NCBI GenBank assembly: GCA_043228905.1
Contig: JBHGNT010000009.1
Location: forward strand, 19,406,001 to 19,470,000
DNA: 64,000 nt
Reading direction: 5' to 3'
Source of the DNA: Azolla caroliniana
Taxonomy: Eukaryota > Plantae > Polypodiophyta
Below, one piece after another: positions 54,878-64,000 of this stretch. Position 1 is the first letter of the stretch; each line of letters opens with the position of its first letter. A program made the translations under genes and the position numbers. Below the pieces are notes generated by a model. The model was given only the letters and a program-made list of their open reading frames with translations, had not been told where the DNA came from and did not search any database.

Positions 54878-57800
54878 TGTTGAGAATCAAGCTCAACATA
54901 GTGCAACGTGTGAACACACCTTTTGAGAATCCATGATTACTCAAAGTTCAAGAGTCACACCACTACTCTCTACATATTAACTATGTGTCATAGAATCATA
55001 TTCTATGACACATAACTAATGAGTTACATATTCCCCATGACTATGAGTCTTCACATTCCCAAAGAGAGAAAGTGGTTGTTGTAAGTTAATAAAGAGAGAG
55101 GGTGACTCTATATAAAGCACCCTCCTCATACTTCATAACAAGTTCACTTGGTTGTGACTCCTTATTATGCTACATTTTGTAATTATTATTCTGCTTGTCC
55201 AATATACACCTTCTTCTTGAGTATTCCTTTTTCTACCTATCTTGTGTTCTCTCATCTCTCCTCTAATTCCTCTCACTCATACACATAACACACATCTCTT
55301 CCACTACACAAGAATCATACCCGATTCTTTACATGGTATTAGAGCGATTTGGTAGCTCGATCTAGCCCACTCGCCTCATCGTGATCGTGTGTTGTGCTCT
55401 ACGTCGATGTTCAAGAAGAACCAGCTCATCGCTATCGTAGTACCACTACATAGCTCGTGTTTGAGAGAGAAGGAAAAGAAGAAAGGAAGCTTAATCGACA
55501 ATGAATACTCAAATGGGGAGCGCTCTCCCTAGCGAGAAGTTGGACCGAAACAACTTCGCATTGTGGGAGTACAAGATGCACCAATACCTTGTCGTCCAAG
55601 GCTATTGGGGTTACATCAAGGGAGCATAAGAAAACCGACCCGACCTGGAAGACGCCAACTATGCAACGTGGGAGCAAGCGTCAAGCCGAGTGATGTATTT
55701 CTTGGAGACATGTGTTCATGACCACATGCTTGACTACATTCGAGAAGCCGAGACGCCGAAGGAAGCGTGGGAGAATCTATGAAAGATTTTTGCCGCCAAC
55801 ACAACCGTGAGAAAGGTTCAACTCCGCCAAGAGTTGAACAACATCTAACAAAGGGATATATGTCTATCACAAGCTACACCTTGAAGATCAAGGAGCTTTG
55901 CGACTCGCTTGGCTTGATAAGCGTCAATATGGATGATGATGAGATGGTGCAAATATGCCTCGGCGGCCTTGCACCACGATTCGGCGCGATGCGAACCGCT
56001 GTACTAGCACGGGAGAATCCACCCTCCTTCGATCTTCAATCTACGTTGTTGGTCAAAGAAAACTATGTTCGAACAAGGAGAAACCCCTCGGAAGGCCACC
56101 TGCTCTACACACATTCGGACAGAGGAAGAGGACGCGGCCGTGCAAGAAGAGGCCGATTCGGCCAAGGACAAGGCGGACAAGGCCCGACTTACGAAAACAA
56201 CTCACAATTTCGGCATGAAGACGGAAGCCATCGAGGAACCTTTGGAAGAAGGGGGAGCTTCCATTCCGGTCCGAACCGACAAAGCTCGGTCAAATGCGGA
56301 TATTGCAAAAAAATTGGTCACCACGAAAAAGAATGTCTTAAGAAGATACATGAGTTAGCTTCCACTAGCCGACAACTCACCAACTACGCCATCAACTCCG
56401 ACTATGACGATCGTGGCGTAATGTTCATGATGAGACATAGAGCGAATTCAATGTCGGCCTCTACTTCTACTAGTGCCTCCAGTTCGGAAGACGTATGGTT
56501 CGTCGATTCCGATGCCTCGAACCATATGACGTCGCATCAAGAATGGTTTCGAGAACTTGGAGAGCTGGACCGACCCAGCTATGTTGAAACCAGAGACGAC
56601 ACTACGCACCCGATTTTGGCACATCGGCAATGTTCCGTTCAGAGAAGAAGGTAAGAAAACTTATATTAAAAATGTCTTGCAGGTACCAACTATCACGAAG
56701 AATTTGGTCTCCGTCGGCCAAATTGTAGAGCAAGGAATACAAGTACGATTTAATCAAGGCAGTTGCTTCATCGAAAAAGAGGGTCGACTCATCGCTCGCG
56801 GACAAAGAGAGGACCGAATGTTCATTCTCGACTCACACGAGATGAAATCGGCCATGTTCACAAAGGGCATGAAAGCCGATCCCGACATAGAGTTATGGCA
56901 CAAGCGGATTGGCCATATCAACCTCCAAAAGCTCAAGGCAATGCAATCAAAAGGAGTCGTCATCGGGCTCCCGACATTCACGGAGAAAGAGATTGAAGGC
57001 GTGTGTGCCGCTTGCCAATTCGGCAAGCAACATCGGCAACCATTTCCGAAGGAGCGGAACGTGAGCAAAGGCGTACTCGACATAATTCATTCCGATGTAT
57101 GGGGTCCGAGTCAGAAGGCGATATTCGGCAGATGCCGATATTACGTGACATTCATCGACGACTTCTCTAGGCACACTTGGATCTACCCGATGCGGCAAAA
57201 GAGAGAAGTGTTCAGACACTTCCAAAAATTCAAGAATGAAGTCAAGAAAGCCATGGGCCGAAATGTACAATGTCTTTGGTTGAATGGAGGCAAGGAATAT
57301 TTCTCGGATGAGTTTACGGCGTGGCGTATCTACGGAAAGAAGGAATTCGGCGAGAGTTTTCGTGTCGACATACGCCACAACAAAACGGAGTGGCCGAACA
57401 AAAGAATCGGCACATCCTCGAAGTAGCACGGGCCATGATGAACGAAAAGCACATGCCGATGTTGTACTGGGCAGAAGCCGCTAACACGGCCGTATACGTC
57501 ATGAATCGGTGTACGACATCGGGTGTGCACAAACTTACTCCGCACGAGAAGTTTTTCGGAAAGAAGCCAGACCTATCATATGTTCGGATATTTGGCTCCA
57601 TTGCGTATGTGCATATCCCCGATGAGAAGCGAGAAAAGCTCGACCCGAAGTCGGAGAAATGTATCCTCGTAGGATACTCACTAGAGCGAAAGGGGTACAA
57701 GTGCTATAACCCCTCAACTTGAAAATCTCGAGTAAGTCGAGGCGTTGGTTTCGACGAGTCCGCATCTTGGCGCACACTAGAGATAACTTCGACTCCGATT

Positions 57801-60305
57801 TTGATCGACCTGGAATACGCCGAAATAGAGATAGAAGCCAAAGATTGGCTCACGCACATGTTCGAAGAAAACATGATTACGACAAGGCTTAGTGGGCCAC
57901 AAGAGCCCCCGAGCGATCAAAGCACATCTCGGCTGAGTCCGAAGCTGAACAAAGGGAAGGCAAAAATGCCGGAGTATGAAGACGATCACTTCGATGGCAA
58001 CGAATTGACTCACTCCTTTGATAGTGAGTTCAAAGGCCTTGAGATCCGGACAAATGGAGCGGAGAAAGCCATAGTATCCGCAAACGAGAAGCTCCACCGA
58101 TCCACCTGTGAAAAGAACCCCGTAAGCCGATTCGGCTACAACGATTATATGGCGTACCATTACACCTTTATGATGAAGGTAGCAACAGTACGGGAGCCGG
58201 AAACCTTTTCTGAAGCCACGAAGGACCCGCGATGGATCGAAGCAATGAACGAGGAGATGCATGGAATACGCAAGAACGAGACATGGGATCTCGTTCCCCA
58301 CTCACCGCACGAGAAGGCAATTGGCTACAGATGGATCTACAAGGTGAAGTATAATGCCGACGGCTCCGTCAACCGCTACAAAGCTCGACTCGTAGCGAAA
58401 GGATACGCACAAACACATGGAATCGACTATGAAGAGACCTTTGCCCCGGTGGAAAAGATGACGACGGTGCGGACCGTGATCGCACTTGTAATGGCAAAAG
58501 GGTGGCACCTCCACCAAATGGACGTCAAGAACGCCTTTCTTCAAGGCGAATTAGAAGAGGAGGTGTACATGGTACAACCACCCGGCTTTGAATCGTGTAC
58601 TCATCCGAAAGCCGTGTGCCGACTCAAGAAGCCACTCTATGACCTCAAGCAAGCATCAAAGATTACGCAATATCTTCATCAAATCGGCTTTCAAATGTCG
58701 AAATCCGACAACTCCCTCTACATACGACACGACTCTAGAAGTCTAATTGTCAACATCCTATACGTGGATGATCTGGTCATTGGAGGTGAAAGTCTAGTCG
58801 ACATCAACAAGGTCAAGTTCCTCCTCTTCGGCAAATTCGAGATGACAGTCATGATGGAACTCCATTACTTCCTTGGCATCGAAGTAAGTCGGATTCCGAC
58901 CGGCATTTTGATCTCTCAATGACACTACATCCTCAACTTGTTATACAGGTTTGGGATGACTGAGTGCAAATCGGTCGCTACGCCTCTTGATTGAAACCTC
59001 AAACTAGATGCTGACTCCGGCATAGACGAGTGTGAGCCGACCCAATATCATCAACTGATCGGGTGCCTCATCTATCTCACGATCACTCGACCCGAATTTA
59101 GCTATCCAGTCGGACTCCTTAGCCAATTCATGCAAACTCATCGAGATATCCATTTCGATTGCGCTAAGAGAGTATTATGATACGTGAGGGGCACAATGGA
59201 TTACGGTGTTCTCTACACATCGGTGCCACCAATACGACTCGTAAGGTACACAGACACAAACTGGGTAGGCTACAATGTTGATCGACGATCGACCTCCGGA
59301 TTTGTCTTCTCACTCAGTAGCGGAGCAATATCTTGGAGTAGTAAGAAGCAACCTACTGTCGCACTTTCGAGTACGGAGGCCGAATATAGGGTGCAACCGT
59401 AGCTGCATGTGAAGCCATATGGCTCAAGAGGATTTTGAAGGATCTGGGCATCCCCATCAAGGATTCGACTCCCATTTATTGCAACAACATGAGCAGTATA
59501 TATCTGGCTCGGAACCCGGTGTTCCACACGCATACAAAGCACATCGAAGTGCACTATCACTTCATTCGAGAGCGCGTACAGGCCGGAGATGTCGACCTTC
59601 AACACATCAACACGAATCTTCAGACGGCCAACATCTTCACCAAAGCCTTAGCAGCCGACAAGCTTCGGCAATTCAAGTCAGATCTTGGATTGACGATCCC
59701 TGACTTGCCAAGCTTGAGGGGAGTACAAGCGAGAACCAGATACCGTCCGAACCAGGTACGAGCCGAAGCGGACACCGGAGATCGTCCGAACCGGATACAA
59801 GCTGAAGCGGACATCAATCAAAAGGAACCGACCCGAGTTGAGCTTGAGGGGGCGTGTTGAGAATCAAGCTAAACATAGTGGAACGTGTGAACACACCTTT
59901 TGAGAATCCATGATTACTCAAAGGTCAAGAGTCATACGACTATTCTCTACACATTAACTATGTGTCATAGAATCATATTCTATGACATATAACTAATGAG
60001 TTACATATTCCCCATGACTATGAGTCTTCACATTCCCCAAGAGAGAGGGTGGTTGTTGTAAGTTAATGAAGAGAGAGGGTGACTCTATATAAAGCACCCT
60101 CCTCATACTTCATACCAAGTTGGTTGTGACTCCTTGTTATGCTACATTTTGTAATTCTTATTCTACTTGTGCAATATACACCTTCTTCTTGAGTATTCCT
60201 TTTTCTATCTATCTTGTGTTCTCTCATCTCTCCTCTAATTCCTCTCACTCATACACATAACACACTTCTCTTCCACTACACAAGAATCATATCCGATTCT
60301 TTACA
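54878..60305 (+). mobile_element. Full-length decayed Ty1/Copia
   Basis: LTRs 54878-55333 and 59855-60305, TSD ATTAG, PBS tggtattagagc; gag, PR, IN, RT (LYVDDL) and RNase H with frameshifts and stops. Confidence 0.95.
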
Positions 60306-61938
60306 ATTAGGTTCAAGCGAATGCATTCAAAAATCAAAGTTAAACTACGAACATTCGAGTCTCTTAAGCCACACTTTGTGAGACGCTTAAAGGATCGATA
60401 CACATGCTTGTGCATTTACCATGTACAAATGAGTTTTCTCAAGGATTCTATTAATCTACTACGTCACCATAGCTCTTCTCTATAGGATGCAATATGCACT
60501 TGTGAGTGGGCAATTTCTTGATTTAGCCAGACAGAGCTTTGTAAATCAACAGAGCATGTATGCATATCCATGAGTGGTCTTTTAGATTCACTATTGTGCC
60601 TGAGAGAATCTAAGGCTATCTTCCACAATTAAATATGTGTCATGGGTTTATGTGAAGATTGTGGACCTAGTAGATTTAAGTGGTGTCCAAAAGAGTTGAG
60701 TAGTGAAATATTAATCTTTGTCAAGTTATTTGAGTCTATGGACACCAATTCCGAAGGAAAGGTGTGTAAAAGAAAGGATCTAGTTAGGAAGTCACTTAAA
60801 CCAAGGGATTTGGTGTCTCTATTTGTAGTATCTCTACAAAAGTTCATTAAACACAACTTCATTTATTCATGGCAGGCCCATTAGTTTAAGACTTGCATAT
60901 CTGATTTTCCAAATGATGTAGTAGTCTCAGGAGTAGATTTTGCAGAGAATTATACTTTCAAGAAGCAAAATGAAATTCAATCCATGCATTGGTGTTTAGT
61001 GCAAGTAACCATTTTTGTGCACATAACATATTTTCGAGTTTTAGGTGATGTTAAGAAAGTAATTCATTTTTATTTATTTCGGATGATAAGAAGTAGGATA
61101 CCTTGTTTATCCAACACTGTTTAAAGTTACATTGGCAATGGTTATTAAGTCAACATTTGGAGCTTACTCAACATTGGGTTTGGTTTGATGGATCTGCATC
61201 ACAATTCCATTTTATTTTGTTGGGAGGTATCCTTCTGAAATAGGTTTGGAGATGAGATGGATTTTTTTGGGTCCATCCATGGTAACGGTGAACATGATGG
61301 AGCAGGTGTAGTTATAAACCGGGCACTTACCCATGAACAACTAAAGGCAGATAGTGTGCATATGAATTGTGCATCACACATAATCGATTTTTTAAGAACT
61401 AATATGTCAACGAGTGCAATTGGTGTTTATTCCTCGCAGGTCCGACTTTACATATGAAAGACATGGAGATACTCTGAGTGATGTCATAACCATTGGGGAT
61501 AAGTTTGCTCTAAATGTAGAAGAAGGACATTCAGAGGGTGCCAATTTCTATTTATTGAAGTGCACGGTTTTTAAACAATGTGCAATGTAGAATATTGTAG
61601 ATGCTTGGGGAAATTTTGTATCTGTTGGGACATTCTACATCAAAGGTATTTTTATGCAAGACTGGATGATTACGATTATGTGTACAGGCTTTTAAAGACA
61701 AAACAGTAGCATACATGTACTCTCATTTGGTCAAGTGCATCAATATCCCGATGTCGCAATATAATAGCTACTCAGATTTATACACAATTAGTGCTGATGT
61801 ATATGAATGTATTTACAATATTATGCCATGGAATTTTTAGCTACTATGAGATCATACTAGTTTTCTTGTAAAGTGGGTAAAGTAGTTGTATTGCAAAAAA
61901 ATAGTTTAATAAAATCGTTTGGGAGTCTTCTTTGTAAT

Positions 61939-62537
61939 TAGCAATGGGCACGGTTTCGGCTCAAACCAAACTGAACCGTTAAGCCATGATTTAACGGTTT
62001 ATTGGTTCCAAAAAAGTTTAATGGTTTGGTTTGGTTTGGATTCTCGATAAACGGTTCGGTTTTGGTTCTAAAACTCGGGTTTATAGGTTTGGTTTAAAGG
62101 TTTTTGGTTAACTTGTTTTTTTTTACCTTAATAGTTTAATAATGTAATGGTTTAATTAATGCTTATTTATTGATTTAATTAATTAAACTTAAATGTTTAT
62201 TTAATTTAATGGTTCAATTAAAGTTTCTTTTATTGATTTAATAAATTTAACTTAAATTCTTATTTAATTTAATGTATTTTTGTTTTTTTAGATGTTTAAC
62301 TAGTTTGACTTAAGTGGTTAGATTTAAATTTTTTATTAAATTGTTCAGTTTAGTTTTAACTTTTCCCTAAATGGTTTGGTTTTAACTTTTCCCTAAACGG
62401 TTTGGTTTGAACTTTTTCTTAAATGGTTTGGTTTGAATACTGAGAGTTCATAAACGGTTTGGTTTGTTTTTGTTTTAAATAAACGGTTTGGTTTGGTTTC
62501 TTTACCTTGAAACCAAACCGAACCGTGCCCATTGCTA
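61939..62537. mobile_element. hAT-type MITE
   Basis: TIRs tagcaatgggcacggtt / aaccgtgcccattgcta, 8-bp TSD tttgtaat / tttctaat (7 of 8), many subterminal aaacc(g)/aaacgg motifs. Confidence 0.85.
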
Positions 62538-62875
62538 TTTCTAATATACAATCTTCTTTCTGTTCTTGTTACTGATAAACCCTCTGTTTGTTAAATGCAA
62601 CTTTCAGTTTCAGTTTCAGTTTTAGTGTCTAATTTACTATCAGTTCTACTTATTGCAATTTTTAGTTTACTGTCTGTAATACATGTTGCAATGGCTTTTT
62701 TACTCTAAAGTAAACATGTACAAGTTCAAACAGTTTGCCATTCAGAGAACAGGCAACAACATGAAATCAGAAATCAACTTAACTATTTTAGCTATTTTAA
62801 AATTGAACAGTGGAAAATTGACTCAAAACAAGGGATTGAATTTATCATTGATTACGACGTCATCAAATTTCATAT

Positions 62876-63953
62876 TTATAATACACCATTGACAATGTCT
62901 ACAAATTTCCTATAAACAGCTAAGCTCTTTCCGGTTAGTGGAACTTCCCTACATATGTGATATGCACACCAAGCTTGGTATGAAGTCCACAACCATGCAT
63001 GAAGTTGGCAGCTCAAAGTTTCCACCAAGTAGTTATCAGGTATTTCCTTAGGTACAATGAGACAACATCTGGGAATGTTGAAGTAATGTAGATAATGTTC
63101 TGTATTCACAATTAACGTATTGTTGACATTATATTTTGGCCACACCGTCCAAAAATTAGAAAGTCTTTTGAACCTTGAAATATTCTTCTGCTCACAGTTT
63201 TTCGTGTCCATTGACCCTTGAAATGCTACAGCCACTTTGGGAAGAATCTTTGTACAAACTTCCACACATCTGTACGTGGGGTTTCACTCCAAATAAACAA
63301 ATCAAAGTACTGCACGACCCAATCCAGAAATTGATTCGCGTCCCTCGGTGTCATATATCGCACACTCATCAGGACTTTATCAAGCTCCAAGATCAAGGCA
63401 CTTCTTTCTTCTTCTAATGGTTTTGGTTTCCATTCAATTGAGCCTCTATTACACCAAGTCTTGGTAGCATGCGATCAATTTCAATCAACTTAGGTTTTGT
63501 CGAGACAATTAGTGTCCTTTTCCTCTTGAAACCCCTGGTCAATTGTGTCGTTGGGTATGGCTTCACCCTGTTTTGCTCTTGTGCAGTCGTTGGGCATAAC
63601 TTCACCTGGTTTTGCTCTTGTATAGTCAATTGTGTTGTCGGGCATGGTATCAAAGTTGTGCATGTAGATTGCTCTCCATTCGATATCAACCCATTGGTAT
63701 CACATGTTGCATGTACCTGCAAAATCAGATCATCTATGCAACATGCTTGATATACTTGCGTGACAAGATCATCTATGTCAGTTGCTACATCTACTTTCAA
63801 GATGGGGCCCTCTAAACACGCAACAACATCAACAATTTCCACATTGCCATCGGCCTTAGGAGCAATAGATTCAAACCCTTTAGACTTTACAACGTCAAAA
63901 AACACCAGTATATTCACACTCACAAAGTAGCTAACAGTCTTACAAAACAACAT
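62876..63953 (-). other. Unassigned, probably decayed coding sequence
   Basis: Adjacent ORFs of 179 and 129 aa on the same strand; short duplication QEQNQVKLCPTT/QEQNRVKPYPTT. No recognised motif. Confidence 0.3.
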
Positions 63954-64000
63954 TCAAAACATGAAATATTCTGCAACAAAACAATTTTCTTATCTTAATA

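Larger units (their letters stand above)
42580..61840 (+). pseudogene. Decayed, intron-containing DDD transposase gene (Sola2-like), split by nested LTR elements
   Basis: Part 1 ends FWTNESRVSNNKKDLCKKRVGRNQYEEHPIHLLDVP then gt at 43364. Removing the Copia (TSD ATTAG) restores VDLFIRFKRMHSKIKVKLRTFESLKPHFVRRLKDRYTCLCIYH. DFAENY (60936), EIQSMHW, WFDGSASQF (61181), HGNGEHDGAG (61278); C-terminus ..AYMYSHLV..MPWNF* (61840). Confidence 0.65.

Overview
Repeat-rich land-plant nuclear DNA, probably a seed-free plant such as a fern (inferred from the PLS-PPR style, a Tcn1/Tf1-like chromovirus and a Sola-like transposase). There are three host genes: a 5'-open PLS-E PPR (1-2415, +), a 10-exon RH3-like DEAD-box helicase (8684-3693, -) and a 2-exon CDF-type Dof factor (35635-38593, +). 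Most of the rest is nested mobile DNA whose ends and target-site duplications (TSDs) can be read directly. Cluster 1 is a LINE inserted about 200 bp upstream of RH3 that hosts a chromovirus. Cluster 2 is a Gypsy LTR hosting a deleted Copia, whose 5' LTR carries a chimeric MAPK/PPR retrocopy and a SINE. Cluster 3 is a decayed intron-containing Sola-like transposase gene split by a Gypsy (itself hosting an intact young Copia and a solo LTR) and by a second Copia. Highlights: (i) the chromovirus has a Tf1-type self-priming PBS and an antisense tRNA-like A/B-box module in U3; (ii) the SINE has two opposed tRNA-like modules; (iii) LINE-type insertions recur at the edge of (TC)n tracts; (iv) the RH3 homolog has a GGYQGNN heptad tail instead of a zinc knuckle. 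All assignments were made by eye; no database searches were run.
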